From: Phoronis australis
Lineage: Eukaryota; Animalia; Phoronida
Assembly (NCBI GenBank): GCA_002633005.1
Contig: NMRA01000002.1
Coordinates: 1,453,919-1,517,918, forward strand
Length of the DNA: 64,000 nucleotides
Direction: 5' to 3'
Of this stretch, positions 1 through 13,173 are shown piece after piece. The notes under the pieces were generated by a model that saw only the letters and a program-made list of their open reading frames with translations, had not been told where the DNA came from and did not search any database. Position 1 is the stretch's first letter. Each line of letters begins with the position of its first letter. Both the position numbers and the translations under genes were made by a program.

Positions 1-418
1 GAAATTGGCAGATGTACCGCAAGTAGTCAAAGAATATTACAAAAGCGATTTTAAAGAGTAAATGGCGTATTCGATTTTCTTTTTTAGCCAATTAAATGTG
101 AAATGCAACTTTAAGTTGAAGTAATCTTTGATATATTTACTGGTAGTATTGATTGACCAGTTCTAGGTGATGCATCCTCTAGTTTGTTACGGTAAAATCT
201 CATCAAATTTAGCCAAAAATAATGGCCAAAAATGCCCTTTTTTCATTTTTCAAGGGCTTCTAATCTTGGCCACTAATTTTCAAAACTGTGTTTGATGGTA
301 GTTGTGGTACAAAACCTGAACATGGAAAATCATTTAGTTTGGTGCTACATGTATTTCTTGGAAAAATAGCGAAACAAAATTTTACTTGTCGGCCGTATGA
401 CAAGTACCGTGACTAAAG

Positions 419-2111
419 TACTGATTAACTTGATTTTTGTTTTGGAGAAACATCATAAACGTATGCTTAGCAATAATCTTAAAAGGAGAAAAGTCATAAA
501 AATATGAGTACCACTAAAACACTGGACTCTTTTTAGTAGACAAGTGTTTGTGTGTAACTGGCAAACCTGTCTGAGCACTGAACTGCCTTTTAGAGATTGA
601 GATTTTTTTTATCTCGACGGTCCTGGAATCTGCCGCTTAAGTTTTCCCTGTAAATTAGGCACGAGTTCATTGTTTTTGTCATCCACAATATGTTTTGGCT
701 GTCATCCAGTATTGTTGATATTGTCAATAGTGTCCTCTGTTTAATCTACCCTGCCCCCTCTAAAGATCGATTTTCCTCTACAGAAATACAAATTCCTCCA
801 TCATTTTTTAGAAAATCTTAAACGTACCTTGTATGTTGTTAACACTGTCGCCTCGATATGTTTTGTACGCTTTTGATAACGTTCATAATAATGGGCGACA
901 CCTTATGAAATCATAGGTTATGGGTGTAGTGCAGTCATGTACACTCTGCGTTGCTAAGTTCCATTGTCCTGCACTTGACGTTCCATTGCACGACATAATT
1001 GTTGATGCGAGTCACAATGCTTCTGGAGGTGTTTATTAAGTGCACTACAATTATCGTTCCGTTCACTGTAATTGGTGCCAGTATCCTGGGCCAGGTAACA
1101 CACCAGGTCGTTGGTCTGTGTGGTGTAACACTGTTGTGCCCCTGTCCATATATATCTAGCTTGGCGTTTGTGGTGCTGCGGTTTGGTCTTTTTTGCTACT
1201 GGATTGGATCGTTATGCAGTAAGGGATTCAGTTACTCAATTGCANAGCAAGTCGGTTTTATGCTTAGGCGGACGACCATTGGGTTCCCGAGTATACTGAT
1301 TAACTTGATTTTTGTTTTGGAGAAACATCATAAACGTATGCTTAGCAATAATCTTAAAAGTAGAAAAGTCATAAAAATATGAGTATCACTAAAACACTGG
1401 ACTCTTTTTAGTAGACAAGTGTTTGTGTGTAACTGGCAAACCTGTCTAAGCACTGAACTGCCTTTTATAGATTGAGATTTTTTTATCTCGACGGTCCTGG
1501 AATCTGCAGCTTAACTTTTCCCTGTAAATTAGGCACGAGTTCATTGTTTTTGTCATCCACAATATGTTTTGGCTGTCATCCAGTATTGTTGATATTGTCA
1601 ATAGTGTCCTCTGTTTAATCTACCCTGCTGCCTCCTCTAAAGATCGATTTTCCTCTACAGAAAGACAAATTCCTCCATCATTTTTAGAAAATCTTAAACG
1701 TACCTTGTATGTTGTTAACACTGTCGCCTCGATATGTGTTTTGTTATGTTCATAATAATGGGCGACACCTTATGAAATCATAGGTTATGGGTGTAGTGCA
1801 GTCATGTACACTCTGCGTTGCTAAGTTCCATTGTCCTGCACTTGACGTTCCATTGCATGACGTAATTGTTGATGCGAGTCACAATGCTTCTGGAGGTGTT
1901 TATTAAGTGCACTACAATTATCGTTCCGTTCACTGTAATTGGTGCCAGTATCCTGGGCCAGGTAACACACCAGGTCGTTGGTCTGTGTGGTGTAACACTG
2001 TTGTGCCCCTGTCCATATATATCTAGCTTGGCGTTTGTGGTGCTGCGGTTTGGTCTTTTTTGCTACTGGATTGGATCGTTATGCAGTAAGGGATTCAGTT
2101 ACTCAATTGCA
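419..2111 (+). repeat. Near-identical tandem duplication across a single N (419-1244 vs 1294-2111); probable assembly overlap
   Basis: First copy ends exactly at the N at 1245. Confidence 0.85.
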
Positions 2112-2804
2112 ATGCATATTTGACGCAGTCTGCAATTTGTCAGAAGATGGTGATGTTTTCAAAATCTTTATTTTAGAGGATTGCGGTTTTCATAATGAAA
2201 CCATTTCCGTTAATTGACTTATCTTCGTAACCAAATTGTCTCATTTGTTTCAACATTATTGGCTTAAATTCACACATTTTGGTATTCGTAATTAAAGAAT
2301 TTGTGCCGTAAACACATTTGGTTGCTTTGTTGAAACTAGTTTGAAATTCATTTTTAACTTCAGTGATAAATGAGAAAATGTTGCGCTGGCTGTGGTCAGC
2401 ACTTTTGTGATAGACCTTATACATGGCGGTGAAGTAGACCCATGTTTCATGCTGGTGCAGCCATGTTGGAGGAGTTTTGCAATGTACACAGGATGATGGT
2501 TGAAATCAATAAAAAGTTTATGAAATGCATCTCATTGTATTGTTTCAACCGACAGTCACTTAGACCTGGCTTCATATTATGCTAAGGCAGACTTACGTAT
2601 CAAGTAATGCAATAAACCTTTGCTTGGTCGAAGGATCTAAGTTTTGATTTAAACCACTTACCATTTTAATGTTGTCTCGACTTGTTCCTTACTCGGATGA
2701 AAAGGGATTTTAGTCTTGCAAAGAACTGACAATTTGTTATTCTTCAACTGTATTTGGTGAATAAAATGACAGGCCAAGACAAGTCAATTTGTATGGCCGC
2801 CTCC

Positions 2805-2941
2805 CGTTCAGTAATGCTAGGACCTCGCTAAAAAGCAAGACTTCGCGAGGTTACCTGAGATATTGCCGTGCATTTTAAATGAGAGCATGTGACTTTTAGG
2901 TTTAGCTAGGTCCTAGTGCAGGTCCTAGCGTCTAGTGAACG
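2805..2941. mobile_element. Small MITE-like inverted repeat element
   Basis: CGTTCAGTAATGCTAGGACCT / AGGTCCTAGCGTCTAGTGAACG inverted ends; direct repeat CAATTTGTATGGCC at 2785 and 2956. Confidence 0.6.
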
Positions 2942-3967
2942 CACGCCTGGTCTCCCAATTTGTATGGCCAGTCTCCAGTAATAACAGCTCTTTTGAAGCC
3001 CAGAGGTCACCCTTTTTGATAAAGGCACAACTGAGATCAATTTCATAGTGGTAAGTGATCTAAATCAAAAAAATGTGAAGGGTGAATCCGTCAACTTCAG
3101 ACAACTAATGGCAACACAACTGGGATACTGTAGAATTTAGAACTGTGGCGATGGTTCTTGCACAGAATTTAAGTGCGAGTGTTATCATAGGCAAAATTTA
3201 CTGAAATTATTTAATAACCGATTACTTTACAAAACCCTGCAAATCAGCGAGACTACAATGTTTACAATTTGCATTTAAGCGCTTTCAAATAAGTTGATAT
3301 TCTACATATCCTAGTTTTCAATGAAATTTTATGCTATATGGCACTGTACATAACTTGAAGCCTCATTCTTATTCAGGTCTAACAGATGTTGCTACATGAC
3401 TAAAATATCAATCAACGGTTCTCCATTAGAAATCGTGAAAATAGAAAAGACAAGACAAATTTAATCTGACTTGACAAATTGGTATAAACAGCTAAAATAG
3501 CTAAAATATTACAAGTACAAGACAAAAATAGCAAAATTTAAATGTCCATTTAGCTAGACAGGATAGCGTAAAACTTCATCAGCACCACGGAGGATTTGCC
3601 ATGCAGTACATCCCACATTTCCACAAGTGTTCGTTCTGGGTGGGGACCAAGGTTAGACCCTGCCCAGTAACTTTGTAGTGGAGACTGAATCTAAAACACA
3701 ACCAAGCAAGCGCATTGTCTCACCTCCTGGTCCTGGATTTCACTGGCGCAATTCCAGCAATGAGTCGGTTGATGGCAAGGGAGTCACTTGTCATTTAGTC
3801 AGTTTTCCTCTCAAGTCAACATAACGGTGAACTGGGACATTGCACATTTCTAGATTGCCTTTTAATTTTCTACATTTCAGATGTTCAAACAAATGCGCAT
3901 GAGGATGCCATGCATCGGAGATATAGCTATACAAGAGCACAGATTGCACTTTCTGGTTTTAACTGTT

Positions 3968-6900
3968 CTAAAACAAATCCAACGGTTCCTCGTCTGCGGC
4001 TGTGTTGTCTTGAATATACTTAAGTATGTCATCGTTGCCCATAGCAACAGACTGCTTGTCAGTCTCCAATGAAAACAAGTCTTCAGTTTTGTTATTCGTT
4101 GACGGTTTCTGCAGTTTGCTGGTCCGTGGTTTGGGTGCAGGACGTGGCTTAGCAGCTACTTGGGGCTTGGGCTTGGCTGCTAATGGTGGCTTGGGTTTGG
4201 TGCTTGGTTTCGGTGCTGCCTTGGGCTTGTTTGATAAGGTCAAAAGGTCACTCAGGTCATCCTCAATGCTGTAAAGAAGATGTTCATAACATGAGCAGAG
4301 TAAAAGATTCAGCAATGCTGTCACAAACTGCATATTAACAGTAGTACAATAACAGTTGTTTTAATGACAAATGTCCCGGCAGTGCTAATTATGTGATACG
4401 GGTCACCGTAGTTGCCAATTTAAAACTTCTCTGTGAAGCAGTTGGCGAGTTCCACCCAAAACATGATCCAAAACAATGATGGCACAGTGCCACTAAGAGG
4501 CGCCATAGTAGTCCAAAAATCATCATTAACTGTCATCTTCACGCTAAAAGCATACACACCAATTTTCATAATCAACCTTAGAGTGGTTTAAACACAGACT
4601 AGGAAATACAGTAAAAATGGACACGAGATGGCGCAAAATACATCGAATCCATCCAGAAAATAGAACGTGTCATCATTTTTTAATAGAAGCATATTTACCA
4701 AATTTCACTAAAATTTGTCAAGGAACTTCAAAGAAACAGAGGAAAATAAAATTGCCACTAAGAGACACAGCATTCGTTAGGTCCATCCCAAACATATCTG
4801 TTGTCAACTTCAAACGCACTTGCCAAATTCAGTAAAGATCCTGCAGAGGGTTTAGGAGATACACCCATGGACACAAAAATGTGCACAAAAATGAGGGTGA
4901 AAAGGTAAACTAGTGCGGTTCACATTTACTTTAACAATTCCGAGTTGTCTTCATCGTCAAATAATGAGTCTTTCTTCTGGTCCACTTTAGCACTTGGCAA
5001 CAAAAATCGGTCCTCCTCTTCTTTTGTTAGCCCCCCACCAAAGTCAGGTTCATTGAACAGCTGGATACCTATTGGAACAGACAGGAAATCAATTATTGTT
5101 GGATCAGGCAGTTCAGAAATAAGATGTACTCAACATTTTTTTAAAAATCTCTTGCTGAAAATTTGGAACAGAATTTTTCTACAGTTTGAAACTTACTGGG
5201 AAACTGAATTTGTTTCTCCATTCTCTTTATGCATAACTAAATCGTATATAAAAAATTCTTGTCCACATTTCTCTTTGGTTTTCACTTTAATACAACAGAC
5301 ATACATTAGGACTGTAATTTCAAGTGCATGCAATTCACCGACAAATTTCAATTTAGAAAGTGAAGTCTCAAGAAAAACAATACATACAGACTAAGCAAAA
5401 AACAGTTAGTGTTATGTGCAGTTAAAAATTAAAAATGAAACCTTAAGGAATGTATACATATTTCATGAAAATCCACATGGACTGCTTGGACATACATGTG
5501 GTGGCTGGCAAAACAAAACCTTCTCGACTTTAACCTTCAGAGAGCCTAGGGGAAAAGGTGATTAAGCTCATTGAAAAAAGAAATAATGACCATCAAGATA
5601 TCATCTATATAAACCGTGCATCAAATTTACTTGGCTCATGTGATTGGTCTGTTGGTAATGCAAACAGGTCATCTGATGTTTCCTGCTGGTTTTCGGTGAA
5701 CAGGTCAGTGTCTCCCTCTTCAGTCTCATCAAACAAAGCAGAGTTCTGGCCAGCTTCACTAAATGGAAGATCAATGGTTTTCTTGTTACCTCACTATAGT
5801 TATGTAACTCTGGTTGACGCATTCAACGCTCGTGGCTTATTTAGTTCGTTTTGGGCTTGCAGACGGTAACTATGGTAAAAATTCTTCAATTTGGGATAGT
5901 GAAAAATAAACTGTTTTGCTCAACTAGGTCTGAGCTTGTCCAACATTTGCCAGACAGATGGGGATGACAACATAATGCACTCATATAACAATAAGTGGGC
6001 GCATAAAAATCACCGTCCATACTTCCAAAAGGCGAAGATCATATTAGCACCACCTTTTGATAATTTCGCTGAATTAGTTTTCTGAACTCCAAAGCAAATG
6101 GGAACGGTAACCTTTAACTTTGCGGTTAACCACAGTTAACATCGAAGCTTCCACAATACCGGAGTTAACAAGGGTTTATGGTCCTGAATCAGAAGATAAT
6201 TGCCTCATTACCCCCTATGGGTTTTTAACAGTCGAGCCCAGAATGAATTATTTCATGCTACTGATCTTACACGTGTGTTCTGTTACATCACCCACATTTT
6301 GGACTAGTGGTAAAAACTCACCACATTTAGGACACATTATGACTAACAAGTTAAATTACATTTTATTACCTTTCCATGAAACACATGTAGAACCAAATCA
6401 AATCATGGCTTTCCATGTTTAAATTTTGTACCATGACTGGCATCAGACAAAGTTTTGAAAAATCGTGGGCATTCGCAACCATGTAACAAGCCTTTGAGAA
6501 ATGAAAAAAAGCACATGTGGTAATTATTTTTGTCTGAATTTTACTGTATCTCCACGCTCATAATGATCAATAAAAGTTTCCACTCCTGGAGAATTAGCAG
6601 TAAGTTTGATGTCTGTAACACGCTCAAACTCCACATTGAACAAAGGGCAACATTTTGTATGAAGCTATTCAGTAACCTTTTAAGGCTTACCTCATCGCAC
6701 CTGTAATAATTCTCTAATAAATTAACTCGCTGTTTTTCCCATTATCATCACTCTCCACTGGACGACAATTGTTCTAAACTGAAGTCAACACAAGCTGCCA
6801 CCCACCACATATAAAAATACACATGCAGCGCTGCACTAAACAACCGTACGACAAGTGAAAAAATGACACATATATCCAGCAGCATTGTACACATATTAAA

Positions 6901-9900
6901 CATGAAGTAAATCATCCGTACTTACCCAATACCTGTCGTTGGTTGATCTTCCTCAAATAANNNNNNNNNNNNNNNNNNNNNNNNNNNNNNNNNNNNNNNN
7001 NNNNNNNNNNNNNNNNNNNNNNNNNNNNNNNNNNNNNNNATTTTTGTATTCGTGCGCGCCGATTGAAAGTAATCGTGAGTGTTGCTGTGTTGCAAAATCT
7101 CTTATCCTGGGCCGATTTGAAAAATTCAAAGTTGTACTCATATTTGTTTTCGCTCCTCTTTTCAAATATTAAAATAAAAACTACTTGTAACTCTCTCCAT
7201 AAAAAGTACAGTCTGCTAGGTAGATTGTAATCAGCTGATCATATCCGCATGAGCGAAGCCAATTATCCTCGCTCGTGACTCGATGAATAGAGCAGCTTGG
7301 CGGCATCCCTTTGATCGTGAGCCGAGCGCGACTCAGCCAAGGTGGATAAATACGGTCTAGTTCAATTTTCCATACCCCACCGTTTACCTTGACGACCAGG
7401 GTTAGGACCAATCTTATTTAGTGGGACTGTTCATAGCATGCAAAAGGTGAAGATCACATTAATTGTGATAATTTCGCTGAATTAGTTTTCTGAACTCCGA
7501 AGCAAATGGGAACGGTAACCTTTAACTTTGCGGTTAACCACAGTTAACATCGAAGCTTCTACATTAGCCGAGTTAACAAGGGCTTATGGTCCTGAATCAG
7601 AAGATAATTGCTTCATTACCCCCTATGGGTTTTTAATAGTTGAGCCCAGAATGAATTATTTCATGTTACTGATCTTACACAAGTGTTCTGTTACATCATC
7701 CACATTTTGGACTTGTGGTAAAATCTCACCACATTTAGGACACATTATGACTAACAAGTGAAATTACATTTTACTACCTTTCCATGAAACACATGTAGAA
7801 CCAAATCAAATCGTGGCTTTCCGTGTTTGAATTTTGTACCACGACTAGCATCAGACAAAGTTTTGAAAAATTGTGGGCATTCGCAACCATGTAACAAGCC
7901 TTTTGCACTGTTGGTAATTATTTTTGTCCGAATTTTACTGTATCTCCACCCTCATAATGATCATTAAAAGTTTCCATTTATGGAGAATTAGCAGGATGTT
8001 TGACGTCTGAATCACGCTCACACTCCACATTAAATAAAGGGCAGCATTTTGTATGAAGCTCTTCAGTAACCTTTTAAGGCTTACCTCATCGCACCTGTAA
8101 TAACTCTCTAATAAATTAACTCGCTGTTTTTCCTATTATCACCACTCTCCACTGGACGACAATTGTTCTAAACTGAAGTCAACACAGGCTGCCACCCACC
8201 ACATATAAAAATACACATGCAGCGCTGCACTAAACAACCGTTCGACAAGTGAAAAAATGACACATATATCCAGCAGCATTGCACGCATATTAAACATGAA
8301 GTAAATAATCCGTACTTACCCAATACCCGTCGTTGGTTGATCTTCCTCAAATAAATCCCCCTCTTCACCTGTTGACTTCACTTCGCCTTTCCTGTATTTA
8401 CCTGCTTTTATTGCACTTACACCTGGAAATGTATAATTACGCACAAATTGAAGCCCATCCGACACAGTATTGTGCATCAGTACTGTGTATATTGAAACAC
8501 TCTATCATGAACAGTTATATCTACATGTGGTTTGAACAACAACTAGATCAGTTTCAATCATATGCATGTTACGTGGCAGAAAAGGGGGCAAGTGGCCCCC
8601 TAAATTCAGGGGGAATTGGTGGCGATTGGGGGGTGGGGGTGGGGGGTGGGGGCACTTGATGGCATCCAGGAGCAAGAAGTAAGTTGGAGGCGATCGGGAC
8701 AGAGACTGAAAATTGTTACACATTCGGGCAAAGCTATGCCATACGCTCCACCCCCTGAACAACCAAGCCCAGATATGGCTTCTTTGAAGCGCAGAATAAA
8801 GGATTGAATTGTCTATCTATCATCATTAATGACAATTTGATTCAAACATGGAGGCTTATCACAATTTATGCCTGTTAAATTGCTTGCTATCAATACATCT
8901 TCAGAAATACTATTGGAACTTTAAAGCCTGCACCTTTTACGAGACATTATTCGGTTAGCTCAATTTGTACCTTCATAAGCAAGTAATTGATAGCTTTACT
9001 TAGAGATGAAAATTTACCTAGAAACTCCAGCAAAAGGGGACAAGAACACAACTTGGGTGTTGAAGCTAAAAACTTCACAAAATCGTCCAATCGGTTACGC
9101 CTTTCCTGCAAAACCTGATCATCAACAAGAAGCGCCATCTTTGGGAGAGTTGGAAACATGGTTCCTGAATAATTCTTATCCAGCTTTGCTTTCAGGTTTT
9201 CAAAATCTTGAAGTTTCCTAGGAACCTAAGTTTTAATACAACATCATAACATTATTATCACAATACTTCTGCAAACAACAGAGGACTGCAAATCAAATAA
9301 GACAAAACATTTAAGGTTATCTAGGATCTTATCGACATGTTTGTGTATACATAGCCAAACATTTACAAAACTACAGACTTTAATTCAGTAAAAGGACAAA
9401 ACAGAAGGCCTGTAGACTTTGATTTTTGACTTTTTATTAATATCAATGCCATGAATTGGGTTATGAAACCATACATATTTTAAGCAAAAAGAAAGGTACA
9501 TTCACAGCAAAATGTTTGTATCTGAAAAACATGACAAAATTTCATTTGATATAAAGTTCATGATCAAATTTCAAAAACGCCGTCACGGTTTTCTAAATTA
9601 TTATGTCAGAGTTTTTTCAGGAAAGTTCTAGAAAAAGTCCTATTTTTTATAGCCATTTATACGTCAATTGAAATTTACAAAATTAAAACAATTCTTAAAG
9701 TTTTTTGGAGAACACTGAAATAAGGCACAGTATCTGAAAGTTTCATTTGAATCTGACCAGCCATTCCTGAGATAAAACTATCTGAATTTAGCCAAATTTG
9801 GATATCTTGCTAGGGTCCCACAAAAATAATAGAGAGAGATACAATATGTTTATGAACTTATATTTGAAATTGGTGCAGCATTGATATATATGATACCACG

Positions 9901-12874
9901 GATAACAAATTTTTACACAATTGCTTTCTTGAATAAAATTGATATGTGACAGACACATTATGGACAACTGCTAATTTCAAACCAGAGAAACATTTTGCAT
10001 CAAAGAAATGGGCCACAGAATGTAAACAATGAAAAAACTTCAATTCAAAGTGTTAGCAAATATGTTTTCAAAGTTAAATCATTCTGAATTTGTCTTCAAA
10101 TGTACTACATTAAACAACTCAACAGTTTAATACACAGCACTTAACAAACGAGTAGAACTTAATGTTCTCAACATTTCTAAACAAAAATAACTCTTCAGAA
10201 AATCTTATTTCATCATTACATAACGCCTGCCACCAAACACTGTTAAATTACGTTTTGCGTATTTGCAACTATGTAGCAAGTTTTTGAAAAATGGTACTTA
10301 ACCAGAATTTTAAATTTTCAATATGGCTCTGCATGTGGTTAGAATTCTGTACTTATGCTACATAATAGGTAAACCCTGGTCTATGCACTTTCATTTGTCG
10401 AAAGCGATTTTCCTTTAACTTTTGTATAATTGTTTATAATCAGAGTGTAATACTATATGTAAAGTACTTTTGTCCAAAAGTCCTGAACGGCTCCTCCCGA
10501 CTTGAACTAAAGTAATGGCAAAATAAAAACTGCTCTATTTCAACCATCAAGTTTGTTAACTCAAAAAATTGGAACACCTGTTAACACACCCTGATTAGTT
10601 GTACATGCAGTCAGTCAGAAAGTCGTGTTAGAAAACTCTGAGTGTTTAGTCATGGAATAAGACATATCATCATGTGCAACACTGTATATATTCAATTACT
10701 ATGTATTGAACAAAACCAGACTCTTGATGGCCTTGCCATGTATTGAACAATATCTGAATATTTATGCCCTTACCATGTATTGAAAAATATCCTACTCTTG
10801 ATGGCCTTACCATGTATTGAACAATGTCTGACTCTTTATGTTTGGGTGATTTGAAACACTGCAGTCTGGACACAACCACAACGTGGTACTCCACAGTCAT
10901 CATTAGTCTGCCATGGATCTCCTTGTAAGTCGGAACACTAAGGTCAATTTCTGTGTTTTTGTTCTTGAGTTCTCTGCAAAACAAATGTGATCAAGGCCAT
11001 GGAAACTGATCATTACCTTTTTGCACTGGGTATTCCTTTTCATGGCAGTGATAGTATCAAGAGTCTGAATACTGTAATTTTTGTCCACAAACTTGCCTCT
11101 GCGACTTTAAAGTTACTCTTTTTGGAAGCTGGCAGGTACTTAGCAGTCTACACTACTGAATGCGTGCATATTTGGGTCAATGCGCAATATCCAACATACA
11201 CAAGTCTCAAATTGTTTTTTATTTTTAGTGCATCTTTTCCCATTATTCATACTTTTCACAAACATTAAATTCATGACGTAGCTAGGGGGTGGACGGTGGC
11301 AGTGTGAGGGTGACAGCACCGTCATCTTCTGCCACCTGGTGAAAATAGTGGTAGCTACACAACTGCATGTTTAAATTGAATACAACATCTAACATACTTG
11401 GTTTTTACTAAAGTATCTAGCCAACAAAGCATTGGAAATGATTTCATTTGGTTACAATTTTCAGTATTTTAAAAAGAGCAAATCAAATTTCGGAACAAAT
11501 TTTGCAGCTGTGAAACTGCCATCATCTCTCAGGAGATGATGCAAAAAGTTTAGGAAATGGCGTGGGAACGTGTAACCCTTACCAGCCAGCTAGGTGTATG
11601 AAGACTGTCGTCAAAATACAGCTAGGTACCACTGTGTGTATCTTCTGTAGACACCGAAATTGCACATAGCCAGGGTAGTTCTGCTCGTCATCTCGCCGTG
11701 AAACTTGCATCAACATGTAAAGCTAAAGACCGGACAGGGTGCATGCAAACTCTGGCAATCAACCGATACTCACTTTGCCAGTTAGAGCCATTTAAGTTAA
11801 AAACAATGCAATAAACATTATTTTCTTGCGTACCTCTCCGCCTTTTCTAACAACGAAAAGTATGTCGTCGTTTTGAAAACAGTACGCTCGTGTCACTCAC
11901 ATGCGCCATTTCTTAAATTTTTGCGACAACTTCGCAGCAGCAAAAGTTGTTCTGAAATTCGGTGTTTTGGTATCTAAATTCTGAAAACTTATAATAAAGT
12001 GAAACCAGTTCCAATAATTTATTGTGACACCTACGCAAGCTCATGAAAGAAAAACACTTGATTGAAGAATAAGCAAAAAAAGAAACTGGCCAATAGGTGA
12101 CGCAATATTTCATGACGCCGAAAGTTGTCGCTAAAGTTTGCTCCACAACTTTAGAAGCAGAATAACGGTAGAACGCCATTTTTTCTAACACTGTTAAATA
12201 ATTTAGTTTACTCAAGGAAGACTGTAGTTTTTAATGACACTAATTTTGTGTCAGATTTTATCTTACCACTTTTTTTACCCACATCGGTGAAAAGCTGTAT
12301 ATTTAGTATACAGCTTTGTACTGAGGCTAGTGTTACCCCTGCAGGTCTTAGTTCTACATGTTTAAGTTTCACAACAAGGTGGCGAGCAGAACTACCAAGG
12401 CTGTGTGAAATTTTGGGGTCTAACGGAGCTCAACAAACGGTGGTACCTAGATGTATTTTAATGTTGTGAATGTTGGTTTGTGTGGTCTCGTCTTTCGTGT
12501 TGTCTCGTGTGTTCGTGTTCGTCCGTGGGTTTCCGTAAGTGGCCGGATGTTGTAAGTTTTAGTATTGTCATGTGACTGGGGAATCAAGAGGGATCTCTGT
12601 TCGTGTGGCACTGCTGCACGCAGGACCTCTGCATTTGTGGGTCTTCATCTCAAGCGTGTATTCAAGCTTTCATAGGAGTAAAGGTAAGCTGCACGAGAAC
12701 CTGTGTATCAAGTCACAACATTAACAATAGTTCCCATAATACAGCTAGCTGGGTACATGGGTACATTGACCACCACACGCTTTAGTGAATAAGACAACAA
12801 CTGTCTACTCCACAAATACCATGACTTGTGAAAAGGAAACAATCTTACCTGCTAGTAACTGTTGCAACTGGCAT
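3968..12874 (-). CDS. HS1BP3: HCLS1-binding protein 3 (PX-domain protein), 7 coding exons
   Basis: Phase-consistent GT-AG exons: 12874-12849 (MPVATVTSR), 10973-10811 (ELKNKNTEIDLSVPTYKEIHGRLMMTVEYHVVVVSRLQCFKSPKHKESDIVQYM), 9225-9018 (VPRKLQDFENLKAKLDKNYSGTMFPTLPKMALLV...ERRNRLDDFVKFLAS...LLEFLG), 8422-8320, 5758-5631, 5068-4930 (LFNEPDFGG), 4268-3968 (Pro/Lys-rich, ends MGNDDILKYIQDN...LDLF*). PX domain, LFxxPDxGG motif and C-terminal DILxYIQ motif match HS1BP3 as I recall it. Confidence 0.9.
6027..8353 (+). repeat. Duplication across the N gap at 6961-7039 (6027-6960 vs 7442-8353); probable haplotype overlap
   Basis: First copy ends exactly at the gap and includes a truncated copy of HS1BP3 exon 8422-8320. 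Confidence 0.85.
10700..10835 (-). repeat. 37-bp tandem repeat overlapping an HS1BP3 exon-intron boundary
   Basis: CATGTATTGAA recurs at 10811, 10774, 10737 and (as TATGTATTGAA) 10700. Confidence 0.8.
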
Positions 12875-13173
12875 CTTGGAAAGGAAGGCGTGTTTTTCAA
12901 AACAGCAATTAAATACAAAAACCAAAACAAATCATAGCAGCTCCGCCTCCAAAGTTATGGAGGCCGACATTTTGAATTGTCACATGACCTTCTAATTACG
13001 GAGAAGATAAATGTTATAGTGCAATTTTTATTGATGATAAAATAAGTGTAAATTCTAGTTTTTCAATTAAAAAGTCTTTTAGTTCTGGTAATTTTATGTC
13101 CATATTGTGTTTAAAAAAATAATGTACTAAAAATGGCTTTCGTCACCTTCCGACTTTCTTCGGAATTTGCAAA
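12875..13173. promoter_or_regulatory. Bidirectional promoter/5' UTR region shared by HS1BP3 and UQCRB
   Basis: Divergent ATGs only ~300 bp apart; YY1-like AAAATGGC motifs at 13130 and 13171, AAAATGTCGGC on the minus strand near 12963-12973, E-box CACATG near 12981. Confidence 0.7.

Noticed and set aside
999-2489. ORFs of 60-127 aa in the leftmost duplicated region
   Set aside because: No recognisable domain, stops in neighbouring frames, one ORF crosses the N; possibly a decayed element but unsupported.
8085-8094. 10-nt microexon candidate in HS1BP3 (TTACAG|GTGCGATGAG|GTAAGC on minus)
   Set aside because: Flanking exons already join in phase 2; inclusion would frameshift, and extended versions contain stops in all frames.
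8628-8653. G-run tract capable of forming a G-quadruplex
   Set aside because: Intronic simple G-rich tract with no further functional evidence.
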